64,000 nt of DNA from Octopus bimaculoides (lineage: Eukaryota): NCBI RefSeq assembly GCF_001194135.2, contig NC_068998.1, positions 13,031,275-13,095,274 on the forward strand. The letters run 5' to 3'. Under the pieces are notes generated by a model, which had not been told where the DNA came from, ran no database searches, and saw only the letters and a list, made by a program, of their open reading frames with translations. Positions within the stretch are counted from its first letter, which is position 1; every line of letters starts with the position of its first letter. The position numbers and the translations under genes were made by a program. Positions 11,925 through 24,362 of this stretch are shown piece after piece.

Positions 11925-12360
11925 ATTGTTATATNNNNNNNNNNNNNNNNNNNNNNNNNNNNNNNNNNNNNNNNNNNNNNNNNNNNNNNNNNNNNNNNNN
12001 NNNNNNNNNNNNNNNNNNNNNNNNNNNNNNNNNNNNNNNNNNNNNNNNNNNNNNNNNNNNNNNNNNNNNNNNNNNNNNNNNNNNNNNNNNNNNNNNNNNN
12101 NNNNNNNNNNNNNNNNNNNNNNNNNNNNNNNNNNNNNNNNNNNNNNNNNNNNNNNNNNNNNNNNNNNNNNNNNNNNNNNNNNNNNNNNNNNNNNNNNNNN
12201 NNNNNNNNNNNNNNNNNNNNNNNNNNNNNNNNNNNNNNNNNNNNNNNNNNNNNNNNNNNNNNNNNNNNNNNNNNNNNNNNNNNNNNNNNNNNNNNNNNNN
12301 NNNNNNNNNNNNNNNNNNNNNNNNNNNNNNNNNNNNNNNNNNNNNNNNNNNNNNNNNNNN

Positions 12361-12392
<32 letters not shown>

Positions 12393-12589
12393 GTATATTT
12401 ACTTTTATTCCTAAGTAAGATCAATATTACTTTATGGACATCAAACTTGGCACAGTACCAATAATTCTGAAGCTAAATTTCTAGCTTTTAAACTCATTGA
12501 CTTGTGTTGAACATTAGATATCAGGTGGCAAGATCATGTGACCTATGTGAAAGTGAAAGAGATGGTTAATGTAACACCAGTTGATAACT

Positions 12590-12780
12590 TTCTGTGATTG
12601 CCATAATGGAGATCATTGAGACACATTTATAAACGAGATGGAATCCTTCTTCAAGTTGTAATCAGTTGGAACAGCAGATGGTAAAATGAAGAAAAGGAAA
12701 ACTACGAGAATGATACAATGTTAGGTGGATGCAGATTGTTATGGTGTCTTAAGAGAGATGCATACACGATCAGTGTAGTT
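12590..12780 (+). mobile_element. Possible RTE-type ORF2 C-terminal fossil
   Basis: WRSLRHIYKRDG...DGKMKKRK resembles the W-GH-R...GKR-RGRP C-terminus. Confidence 0.35.
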
Positions 12781-12814
12781 GGTGAAAAATTCATCAAAGC
12801 TTTCTGTGCATTCC

Positions 12815-12945
12815 TATCATCAACATCATCTTCATTTTAATGTCTACTTTTTCATGCTTGCATGTGTTAGACGGAAGCAAGTGAAGCAGATTTTCTACAA
12901 CCTGAGGCCCATTCTGATGCCTGTTCCCATTTGTTCCTAAGCAGG
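12815..12945 (-). mobile_element. Family C variant tail
   Basis: Reverse complement catgcaagcatgaaaaagtagacattaaaatga; similar to 60170-60310. Confidence 0.6.
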
Positions 12946-12989
12946 CAATCATTATCATTATCAGCAGCATCCTCATTGTCCTCCTCATC

Positions 12990-13264
12990 TCTTTTGTTGA
13001 ACCACTAAGTTACAGGGATGTAAACACCAACACCAGTAGTCAAGCAGTAATGGGGGGGGGGCAATCACAGATACAAAGACACATATAGATATATACATAT
13101 ATATATATACATATGACAGGCTTCTTTCAGTTTCCTTCTACCAAATCCACTCACAAGGTTTCGGTTGGCCCAAGGCTATAGTAGAAAAACACTTGCTCAA
13201 GGTACCACGCAGTGGGACTGAACCTGGAACCACGTGGTTGGGAAGCAAGTTTCTTACATCACAC
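12990..13264 (-). mobile_element. SINE family A, tail-truncated
   Basis: Body and head match family A. Confidence 0.85.
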
Positions 13265-13343
13265 ATTGATGTATATCTCTGAAAGATGTGTAACCCAGTA
13301 GGCTCAAACAAAAATACTTTCTGGTATTTGTAACAACTGAGTT

Positions 13344-13384
<41 letters not shown>

Positions 13385-13391
13385 TACATGT

Positions 13392-13434
<43 letters not shown>

Positions 13435-13472
13435 CATACAAATGTGTCATTACTTGCCATTGTCACCTTCAG

Positions 13473-13538
13473 AAATGCATTAAAGCAGTGATTAACCTGT
13501 GGGAAACCTATAACCATGGAGGCTATTGTTTGCATTTT
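13473..13538 (+). CDS. Candidate internal exon, unknown protein
   Basis: ttgtcaccttcag| 66 nt |gtaagc; only frame 0 open (KCIKAVINLWETYNHGGYCLHF). Confidence 0.25.
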
Positions 13539-13851
13539 GTAAGCATCAACTTTGCACTTCCTCTGTCTGGAGCCATACACTAAAGAGTGCTGAATCGATT
13601 TAATATGTCCCTATAACTCCTGTCTGCCAAACCACTTATGGCATAGTGGAATTGTGCCAAAGCAAGGAATTATTTTTTATTAAAGGAGAGAAACATACAT
13701 TTGACCATTTTAGAAATTAGATTATTTGAATATCATCTCAAAAAGTTTTCAATATGAGAAGATATTACCTATGAATATTTAAAGAGAAATTTTAGAAAAA
13801 AGCTTTTATAAAGACTTTGTGTTATATATGAAATAATTTTCTCACCACAAT

Positions 13852-14033
13852 AGGTGCAATGTGGGTGTATGGTTCAGAAGCTTACCGCTCAACCACGTGT
13901 TGTTAGGTTCAGTTCCACAGAGCAGCATCTTGGACAAGTGTCTTTTACTATAGCCCAGGACTGACCAAAGCCTTGTGAGTGGATTTGGTTGAGAGAAGCT
14001 GAAAGAAGCCCATCATAAATGTAAGTGTGTGTA

Positions 14034-14100
<67 letters not shown>

Positions 14101-14352
14101 NNNNNNNNNNNNNNNNNNNNNNNNNNNNNNNNNNNNNNNNNNNNNNNNNNNNNNNNNNNNNNNNNNNNNNNNNNNNNNNNNNNNNNNNNNNNNNNNNNNN
14201 NNNNNNNNNNNNNNNNNNNNNNNNNNNNNNNNNNNNNNNNNNNNNNNNNNNNNNNNNNNNNNNNNNNNNNNNNNNNNNNNNNNNNNNNNNNNNNNNNNNN
14301 NNNNNNNNNNNNNNNNNNNNNNNNNNNNNNNNNNNNNNNNNNNNNNNNNNNN

Positions 14353-14413
<61 letters not shown>

Positions 14414-14684
14414 CATACATATGTACACACATATATATATAATATGTATATATATTATAAATATCTATATCTGTATATATCTCTACATATATATACATTA
14501 CGTATGATTAAAAGGGTATCTTTGTGTTTATGTTTATAGTTACTCCACCCCCATAGCTTGACAACTGGTGTTGGTTTGTTTATACTCTTGAAAAAAATAA
14601 GTACTGGGATTGATTTATTTGACTAAATCCTTTGAGGCAGTGCTCCAGTATGGCCACAGTCCAATGATAGAAACAAGTAAAAGA
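13852..14684 (+). mobile_element. SINE family A with expanded internal microsatellite and N-gap
   Basis: Head 13852-14020, (TG)n-gap-(TA)n, tail 14517-14684. Confidence 0.8.
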
Positions 14685-15024
14685 GGAAAAAAAAAAAAAA
14701 AGAGAAACAAAATAATTTGAATAGCCACACTTTGAAAAGAGAAGAATAGGACAAAAAGAAAACTTTGGCACAGTTATAGCTGGAATGCTAGTTAAATGCT
14801 AAAAAGTCTCCACAAAACAATCTGTTGATCAATGAACAGATCAATACCAAGTGTTGAAAGACAAATCTGTAAGTGACAACTTTGAATTCATAAAACAGAC
14901 CACACGAATTCCAAATACTAAAGTCATGTTCGTATAAATAAACCACACTAAAGTACACAAAAGTTCACGAAACATACTGTTAGTTAGTTACATGGAAACA
15001 ACAAGAATTAGTCTTCGAACTATA

Positions 15025-15769
15025 TACAAGGTACATTCCAGAAGTTTAGAGACTTTTACAGGAGAGACATTTATTAATTTAAATAAGGTACAAAAACTTA
15101 GTCTCCTTCAGCATAGAATCCTCTGACTTCAATGCACTTGTTGTAGTGCTCCAGTCAGTTTGTGATGTCCCCATGGAAGTCCTCTAAAGTGAAGGAGTCC
15201 AGAATCTTTGTCTCAAAATCTATCTTCTCATTCAGTTTGGCAAACAACCAAAAGTCACTGGAAGCAAGGTCTGGACTGTAGGGGGGGGGGGCGATATCCA
15301 TCTCAGTCAACTAGTTGATTACCAGGATGGAATTATGGACTGCAGCATTGTCCTGGTGCAGATGCTCTGGTCTTTTGCCTTAAAGTCTCTTCCTGAACTT
15401 CTCTCAAAACCTCCACAAGGTACTCTCTGTTGACCGTCTGGCAAGAGGGAACAGAATGGATGTAAATGATATCCTTGTTGCCAGAAAATGGAATCATCAT
15501 GAGCTTTCTAGTAGACATGCTTTGCCTGGCCTCTTAACACAACACAAAACAGATGCTCACCTCATACAAATTAATCTATAAGCAGTCTGGAGCATTTCAT
15601 TAGTTTGTGTAGCATTTTGGCCAAGTTTATTGCATGGCAAGCTTCCAAATTGTCTTCATTTCAGCTGCATTCTGCAAAAATGGCAGCTCACTTTGCCTTA
15701 AATTACACTTAATCACATCACAACAATATGCAAGGTTACAGTGATGAGATGGTATTTAAATATCTTGTA
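15025..15769 (-). mobile_element. Mariner transposase fossil
   Basis: VPSCQTVNREYLVEVLRE and HLHQDNAAVH (near 15345); TA-CAAG termini at both ends. Confidence 0.85.
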
Positions 15770-15920
15770 TCAGTTGACTTGCTTTACATTTTACTTTTAC
15801 ATTTTTGTCAGCAATTTTATGTATATACTCAATAGTCCAGTGCTACCTGTCTGTCTGTCTGTTTATCTGTCTGTCTGTTTGTCTGTCTGACTAGTTATCT
15901 ATACACACACACACACATAT

Positions 15921-16088
15921 AGGCACAGGCATGGCTGTGCGGTAAGGAGATTGCTTCCTGACCACATGGTACAGGGTTCAGTTTCACAGTGTGGCAACTT
16001 GGGCAAGTGTCTTCTACTGTAGCCTCAGGCCGACTATAGCCTTGTGAGTGGATTTGGTACACAGAAACTGAAAGAAAACCATTGTATA
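15921..16088 (+). mobile_element. SINE family A, 5' half
   Basis: taggcacaggcatggctgtgcggtaag head. Confidence 0.85.
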
Positions 16089-16113
16089 TATGTATATATA
16101 TATATATATATAT

Positions 16114-16173
<60 letters not shown>

Positions 16174-16662
16174 TATGTGTGTATATATAAACTTTAGAAT
16201 GCTTTAAGTAGGAATTATAAGAAATTAACTGCTATTTCTTGCAGACAGAGACCACATAGAAAACGCTGCTCCCACATTGACTTGAGATTTGTCTATTTCT
16301 TTTCATACTAATTGGACTGAATTGGCTTCAGATTAACAGAGCAAATGGAATAGGATATATTTATTATGAATGAAACGAAACAGCTATAATCAGGGAGTAA
16401 AAACTCTCCATTGCAGGGCAAAGCTCATAAGGAACTTATGTTTGCAATTGCGCCGTTTTTGCTTTCTCATGTATTGATTTCTTGAATCAGAAGTATGCTC
16501 TCCAGGTTTATATGATACGAGAGTTGAAGGCCAATAAACCAATAGGAGGTCATTGGAGCACAACTATAGACTAGGTGTTCACATAGCGTATTTAGCTTTA
16601 ATTGTTCTAACTTCCTTGCATTTGCAATGCACTTAAACACAAAGCCATATTTTATCACACAA

Positions 16663-16700
<38 letters not shown>

Positions 16701-16975
16701 ATATANNNNNNNNNNNNNNNNNNNNNNNNNNNNNNNNNNNNNNNNNNNNNNNNNNNNNNNNNNNNNNNNNNNNNNNNNNNNNNNNNNNNNNNNNNNNNNN
16801 NNNNNNNNNNNNNNNNNNNNNNNNNNNNNNNNNNNNNNNNNNNNNNNNNNNNNNNNNNNNNNNNNNNNNNNNNNNNNNNNNNNNNNNNNNNNNNNNNNNN
16901 NNNNNNNNNNNNNNNNNNNNNNNNNNNNNNNNNNNNNNNNNNNNNNNNNNNNNNNNNNNNNNNNNNNNNNNNNNN

Positions 16976-17043
<68 letters not shown>

Positions 17044-17111
17044 TATATATATCTATATCAGTATATATATGTGTGTGTGCATATATATATGTATGTATAT
17101 ATTTATATACT

Positions 17112-17157
<46 letters not shown>

Positions 17158-17292
17158 TGCACACACACATATATGCATGTATGTAATGTGTGTGATATTG
17201 AGATTTCTTTTGGAATCCTTTTAAAAGTAAATAATGGTATAAATGCCACATCTCAGGGTGCATTAAGTTCTTAATGCAAGAAATGGTATGTT

Positions 17293-17480
<188 letters not shown>

Positions 17481-17676
17481 AAAGTATGGAAGGCTGATAG
17501 TGATGAGTGAGGAACTAAGCTTTGCAGTATAACAGACTTATGTATTGCAGCAAATGCTTAGGTCAATGAAAAGAAAAACCCACTCCATTCTACTTAATAC
17601 ATAAATTTGCTTGCGTATATGGGTATATACTATACACACACACATACACACACACACATACACACAAACACACACA

Positions 17677-17720
<44 letters not shown>

Positions 17721-17788
17721 TACACACTCATACATAATACATGAATATATATGTGTGTGCATGTATACATATGCATTCATACACATGC

Positions 17789-17822
<34 letters not shown>

Positions 17823-18031
17823 TGAGACAGTTTTAAAGAGATGCGTTTGCGAGTCCCATGCATACGGAAAAACCTACTTTTTTCCGTCAAGGCCCCATTA
17901 TTAGACTATTTTCTTCAGTCTTTACACAGTGATCATTTATAACCTTTAAGCTTATAAAATACTATTATTATTTACATGTGTGTGTGTGTATGTATGTATG
18001 TATGTATGTTTGTATTATGTATGTAGAAACA

Positions 18032-18353
18032 CTGGTGTGGCTGTGTGATTAGGAAGTTTGCTTCCCAACCATATGGTTTTGAGTTCAGTCTCACGATGTG
18101 CCAACTTGGGCAAATATCTTCTATTATAACCCTGGGCCAATCAAAGCCACGTTAGTGAATTAGATAGACGGAAACTGAAAGAAGCCCATCATAAATGTGA
18201 ACTGAATAATGAATCTTAGAATCTTATTCATTATTACATGTGTTCAGGGCTGGCGCCTGGAAATGTGAGGCCTAATGTGGGGGTCGATTTGCTCGACTAA
18301 AGGCAGTGCTCCAGCATGGCCACAGTCAAATGACTGAAACAAGTAAAAGAGTA
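18032..18353 (+). mobile_element. SINE family A, head and tail with replaced middle
   Basis: Head 18032-18193; tail ggggtcgatttgctcgactaaagg...gtaaaagag 18278-18353. Confidence 0.8.
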
Positions 18354-18354
18354 A

Positions 18355-18458
18355 ATCAGATCAGAACCTGGTGCAGCTCCCTGGCTTACTAGTTTTCAAT
18401 CTAGACATCCAACCCATGCCAGCATGGAAAACGGACATTAAATGATGATGATAATGAT
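18355..18458 (+). mobile_element. Family C tail
   Basis: catccaacccatgccagcatggaaaacggacattaaa(tga)n. Confidence 0.85.
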
Positions 18459-18674
18459 GACTATATCTTACTGAGTTAGCAGTGGTATTAAATCATCTTT
18501 TAATGATGTCTGTACAGATTTTCTATTGACATATACCCAGCACTGATTTATTATGATGTTTCCTATCTGAATACACCTAATGTAAACGATGCGATTGGAG
18601 ATGGAAAAATAGGTAGCTTTTCCAAAATTTGCATATACACCCATTATCTATTTTTCCATCTGTTTACCAAATTT

Positions 18675-18803
18675 ATTCCCAAGGCATTGGTTGACCCAGA
18701 GCTATAGTACAAGACACTTGCCTAAGGTACCATACGAGGGATTGAACCTAAAACAATGTGTTTGCCAAGTAGATTTCTTAACCACACAGTCATATCTGCA
18801 CCT
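18675..18803 (-). mobile_element. SINE family A, 5' half
   Basis: gacacttgcctaaggtacc...cttaaccacacag. Confidence 0.8.
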
Positions 18804-18835
18804 GTGTGGGCATCTTACATATATGTATGTATGTT

Positions 18836-18929
<94 letters not shown>

Positions 18930-19562
18930 NNNNNNNNNNNNNNNNNNNNNNNNNNNNNNNNNNNNNNNNNNNNNNNNNNNNNNNNNNNNNNNNNNNNNNN
19001 NNNNNNNNNNNNNNNNNNNNNNNNNNNNNNNNNNNNNNNNNNNNNNNNNNNNNNNNNNNNNNNNNNNNNNNNNNNNNNNNNNNNNNNNNNNNNNNNNNNN
19101 NNNNNNNNNNNNNNNNNNNNNNNNNNNNNNNNNNNNNNNNNNNNNNNNNNNNNNNNNNNNNNNNNNNNNNNNNNNNNNNNNNNNNNNNNNNNNNNNNNNN
19201 NNNNNNNNNNNNNNNNNNNNNNNNNNNNNNNNNNNNNNNNNNNNNNNNNNNNNNNNNNNNNNNNNNNNNNNNNNNNNNNNNNNNNNNNNNNNNNNNNNNN
19301 NNNNNNNNNNNNNNNNNNNNNNNNNNNNNNNNNNNNNNNNNNNNNNNNNNNNNNNNNNNNNNNNNNNNNNNNNNNNNNNNNNNNNNNNNNNNNNNNNNNN
19401 NNNNNNNNNNNNNNNNNNNNNNNNNNNNNNNNNNNNNNNNNNNNNNNNNNNNNNNNNNNNNNNNNNNNNNNNNNNNNNNNNNNNNNNNNNNNNNNNNNNN
19501 NNNNNNNNNNNNNNNNNNNNNNNNNNNNNNNNNNNNNNNNNNNNNNNNNNNNNNNNNNNNNN

Positions 19563-19613
<51 letters not shown>

Positions 19614-19616
19614 TTA

Positions 19617-19759
19617 AAATTTATTATTCTTAAACAAGAATGTTATTGACAGTGACTTTGAAGTTTTGTCCAGTTAAGGCCATTGTCTGATGAATGACTT
19701 AACTGGCTGAAACTTCGAAGTTACTGTCAGTAATATTCTTGAATAAGAATGATAAATTT
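19617..19759. repeat. Long imperfect palindrome (about 62-bp arms, 19-nt loop)
   Basis: aaatttattattct...ccagttaag / cttaactgg...agaatgataaattt. Confidence 0.85.
19682..19727 (+). ncRNA. Minimal type I hammerhead-ribozyme-like motif
   Basis: CTGATGA (19687-93), 15 nt, GAAA (19709-12), palindromic stem III ACTTCGAAGT, then T; stems I and II degenerate. Confidence 0.5.
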
Positions 19760-20597
19760 GTACTCTACAAAAGTATAGAGTAACCCATTGTATTAATGTA
19801 AAATTGTTTTTATTTCAACTAAAAATAACACTCACCCATACATCTATAAATATATGTATATATATGTGTGTATATAATATATATGCTTATATATATGTGT
19901 GTGTGTGTGCATATATGCTTATATATATGTGTGTGTGTGTGTGCATATATATGTGTATTTTTATATATATGTGCATATATATATATATATGTGTATATAA
20001 ATATATATATATAATATACAAATACATACACACATATATACATATATGTATATAAATATATATATATGTGTATATACATATATATATATGTTTGTGTGTA
20101 TATATACATATATATATANNNNNNNNNNTGTATTAAGTAAATTGTCCATAGTAGAGCAATGCTTTTTTTTTTTTTTTCAGTCACTTAGCAAGAAATAGCT
20201 TCCCGCTGGTGACAATGATGGAGAATTAATCTTAAGCATTAAATATTTTCTGGTGTTAAGTAAACTATTTTCCATTTGCGTTGATACAGTAAAATGATGA
20301 AACAAAGGAAAATACCTGACATTTGGCTTCTGCATAAAGTTAGATAAAAGTCAAGTTTACATTAGGGATTATATGCCATTACTAAGATGAATTAAAAAAA
20401 AGAGGGTCTGTATATATTTAATCTCATCTTTCCTTCTTCTCTTCCCCTCAGTTTTTACGTAAACCTCATACAAATTGTAAACCGTCCTTGTAATGTCCCT
20501 CATCTGATGTCCTTGTGATGAATAAAAAAAAATCATTATTATTCTTGTAGGTGTTTTGCATATTATTATTGTTGTTATTGTTATTGTTATTACTATT

Positions 20598-21050
20598 AAG
20601 GCAGTGAGCTGGCAGAATCATTAACATGATGGGCAAAATACTTAGTGACATTTTGTCCGTCTTTAGGTTTTGAGTTCAAATTCCACTCAAGTTGACTTTG
20701 CCTTTCATCCTGTCAGGGTCGATAAATTAAGTACCAGTGAAACACTAGGGTCGATGTAATCAACTAGTCCCTTCCCACCAAAATTTCAGGCCTTGTGCCT
20801 TTAGTAGAAAGGATTATTATTATTATTAAGGTAGTGAGCTTACAGGCAAAATGCTAAGTGGTGTTTTGTCCATGTTTACATTCCGAATTTAAATTCTGCT
20901 GAGGTCGACTTCGCCTTTGATCCTTTTGGGGTCAATAAAATAAGTACCAGTGAAACACTGGGGTCAATGTAATCGTCTACCCACCCCCTGAAAATTTCAG
21001 GCCTTGTGCATTTTGTCCAGCATGCAAATGATTCTGCCAGCTAACTGCCA

Positions 21051-21106
<56 letters not shown>

Positions 21107-21156
21107 TCTATTAAAGGCACAAAGCTTGAAATTTTGGAGGGAAGGGACTAGAAAGG

Positions 21157-21206
<50 letters not shown>

Positions 21207-21300
21207 TAAAGCAGCAAGCTGGCAGAGTTGTTAGCATGCTGGGCAAAATGCTTAGCAGCATTTTGTCCATCTTTATGTTCTGAGTTCAAATTCTGCTGGA
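20598..21300 (+). mobile_element. Cluster of family B copies with (ATT)n/(AAT)n tails
   Basis: Copies at 20598-20815 and 20828-21010; fragments at 21010-21048, 21102-21150 (-) and 21208-21300. Confidence 0.85.
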
Positions 21301-21377
21301 ATGTCCCTTCTATACAAAAGTTTTCTTTTTTCTTTTCTCTTCGTATCTGTTCTTTCTTTATATTGATGACTTTCCAG

Positions 21378-21430
21378 ATAAATCTCACCAAACGTAGTAA
21401 ACATGTTTTGCACACTGCACCTACTTCCAG
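21378..21430 (+). CDS. Candidate internal exon, unknown protein
   Basis: About 55-nt polypyrimidine tract ending ctttccag|, 53 nt, CAG|GTAAAA; only frame 0 open (INLTKRSKHVLHTAPTS). Confidence 0.3.
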
Positions 21431-21815
21431 GTAAAAATGAAGTTTTTCAAGGTTTCTTTTCAAATCTTTTGTTACTATTGACAAGACAACAATGATTGGC
21501 AATATCGTGACCTAGTTAACTACTCTTTTCCAAGACAATTTCCTTTCTTTTTACTTCGGTGTCAAATAGGAATGTTACATCTATTTATAATTTACATTTT
21601 CTTCTTGTTGTCAGTGACTACACTATCTGGTCAGTTGTGTTGTAGTCTTCTTATCTTTTGGATTGAATAAGAAAGTTCCACAGCAATTTCTCATCATAAT
21701 TTTCTGAAGGTTTGCATTTCTGTTGCCACAAAACAGTAATAGCTTTTTCATGAACGTGTAAAACCTAATAACTTGCCAGAATTCCTGTAAATTTTGGCAG
21801 CAATCGGCTCATGTC

Positions 21816-22420
21816 TAGGCATGGCTGTGTGGTAAGGGTAGCGAGCTGGCAGAATTGTTACCACACCGGGCGAAATGCTTAGTGGTATTTCGTCAGTCGT
21901 TACGTTCTGAGCTCAAATTCCGCAGAGGTCAACTTTGCCATTCATCCTTTCAGGGTCGATAAATTAAGTACCAGTTACGCACTGGAGTCGATGTAATCGA
22001 CTTAATCCCTTTGTCTGTCCTTGTTTGTCCCCTCTATGTTTAGCCCCTTGTGGGCAATAAAGAAATATGAAGCTTGCTTCCCAACCACATGGTTCCAGGT
22101 TCAGTCCCACTGTGTAGCACCTTGGGCAAATGTCTTCCTCTATAACCTTGGGCCAACCAAAGCCTATGAGTGAATTGTATATATATATATGTGTGTGTTT
22201 ATGCACGTGTTTTTGTGTCTGTGTTTGCTTCCCTATCATCATTTGACAATTGGTGTTGGTGTGTTTACATCCCTGTAACCTAGTAGTTCGGCAAAAGAAA
22301 CTGATAGAATAACTACTAAGCTTAAAAAAAAGTCTAGGGGGTCAATTCGTTTGACTAAGAACCCTTCAAGGTGGTGCTCCAGCATGGCCGCAGTCAAATG
22401 ACTGAAACAAGTAAAGGAAT
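21816..22420 (+). mobile_element. SINE family A interrupted by a family B insertion
   Basis: Head ...ggctgtgtggtaag stops near 21835 and resumes gaagcttgcttcccaacc at 22069. Confidence 0.9.
21835..22067 (+). mobile_element. SINE-like family B, full length, young
   Basis: gcgagctggcagaa head to gccccttgtgggcaataaagaaata tail; CpGs retained. Confidence 0.95.
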
Positions 22421-22589
22421 AACTGTGGATATTTCAGCACAATGTGAGCCACGCTCTCATCTGAATCCTCACACAGTCTCCATTTGGGTGAGTACTCTTG
22501 CTGATTATCCTGTTATCCTTTTGATCCATTTTAGGTCCTGCTCCTGTACTGTTAAGATAATTCCCTTAATCACCTTTTCTTAATACTTC

Positions 22590-23690
22590 TTTCTTTAGCC
22601 AAAGTCAATTGCCCTTGCAATCCTTTACCTTTTTTTGTGTTTTAGAAATGCATTGAGTGAAGCATCTCTCCTTCAAAGTTTGATTTTCTTTTTTAGGGTT
22701 CTGTAAATTCTGTAAATAGTGCTTCAATTATTACCTCCTTATGGACGGTTTCTTCCCTTTTTTTTTTATCTTCACCGGAACCTAAACTTGTCTTCTCTAG
22801 CTCTGTAACATCTTTGACAGTCATTAACTTTCTTCCTCCTTCTGTTCATTCCGTGTATAAAGATGCTTTCTTTGGTTCATTGTATGTGACATCCTCATTT
22901 TTCTCCATTCAATAATTCTTATTTCATACCTGATTAGTGATACTACCCTGACCTGAAGGCTTTTGTTTTATGCAACCAATTTGTATTTTAAAATGTTCAT
23001 TGTTGGAAAATATTTTTCACCAAAGACTTCTTTTAGTTCTATATTATTGATTTTTCATTTTCCATCTGGTATTCCCAGATATTTATGTCTCTTCTCCTCT
23101 GTTTAGTGATTTTATATTCTCATCCTAGGTCTCTTTCAGTATTTTTTACGAGCTTTTCCTATATCATCTCTATAATAGCACAGTTTTCAATTCTGAAAGT
23201 CATTCCAATGCTATGCCATTAGTAAATATTCTTCCAGTTTGCACTAAGGAGTCTATTTGGTTCTAGTCTTTACAATAAAACTTTAAATCAATCATAAACA
23301 GAAGATAATTTCCTTTTCTTCAATTCTTTCTCAATGAATATCTTTCTTTAGTATAATCAACCAAATGATCAATGTAATTACACACAAGATAGGGAAGAGG
23401 CTGCCTCCTTGATATATTCCTCTTCTGATCTGTATATCCACTAATCTTTCCTCTTTTGATGCCAGCTTTACTCTCCAATTTCGCATTGCCTTATCTAACT
23501 TGTACCTTGAATGCTTGTAGGCATCACTTGATCCACATGTGTGTAAGACTGAATCATATGCTTTTCTGAAATTGATCCAAGCAAAACATAAATTCACCAG
23601 TCTTTTTCTAAAACTTCTCACAATGATCTTAACAATCATTAAGTGGCCTTTTATATATATATCCCTGTCCCTTCTTCAACATCTTGGAGT
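22590..23690 (-). mobile_element. Non-LTR retrotransposon RT fossil, R4/Dong-like
   Basis: AWINFRKAYDSV, IRRGIYQGGSLFP, LLFMIDLKFY, YKYLGI motifs with stops and frameshifts. Confidence 0.8.
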
Positions 23691-24064
23691 TTTATGCTCT
23701 ACTACAATAATTAAGTGTTGAGCTGGTTAAGTCACTAAAATTTTGAACAAATTTCCTTGCAGTATTCATCCCGACTTACACCACTCAGGTCAAATCCCGC
23801 TAAGATTAACTTTATCTTTAATCTCTCGAAAATTTATACCAGGGGATCCTGACCTTATCTTGTTTGTGGACCCCCTGAGAACTATCTTATCATCTGTGGA
23901 TCCAATATATGCACATGTAAATTTTTGAAATAAAATGTTTGTTTGTAGGTTAGTAAAAACTAACAATGAAACAATTTCGTTATATTCATAAAAATAAATT
24001 CAAAATACAAATCTTGAAAACTTCAATAAAAACATGTACCTCTCCTAGTGAACATCACCTATTG

Positions 24065-24114
24065 GTGATGACGGTTGTCAGCAGTGGTGGCTGTGATAAT
24101 GATGAAGATGATGA

Positions 24115-24148
<34 letters not shown>

Positions 24149-24362
24149 GGGTTATTAGCGATGCTGGTTGTAATGGTGGTGGTGATAATGATGATTATGA
24201 TGGTGATGATGATGGTGGTGGGCTGTTGGTGCTGACGGTTGTCAGCAGTGGTAGTTGTGATGATAATGATGATGACAATGGTGATGGTGGTAGTGGTGGT
24301 GGTGATGATGATGATGATGATGACGACGACGATGTTGATGACGATGACGATGACAACGACAA
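24065..24362. repeat. (GAT)/(GGT) trinucleotide low-complexity tract
   Basis: Direct reading. Confidence 0.95.

Noticed and set aside
17864-17887. 9-bp hairpin acggaaaaa / tttttccgt
   Set aside because: Mostly A/T homopolymer pairing with no supporting context
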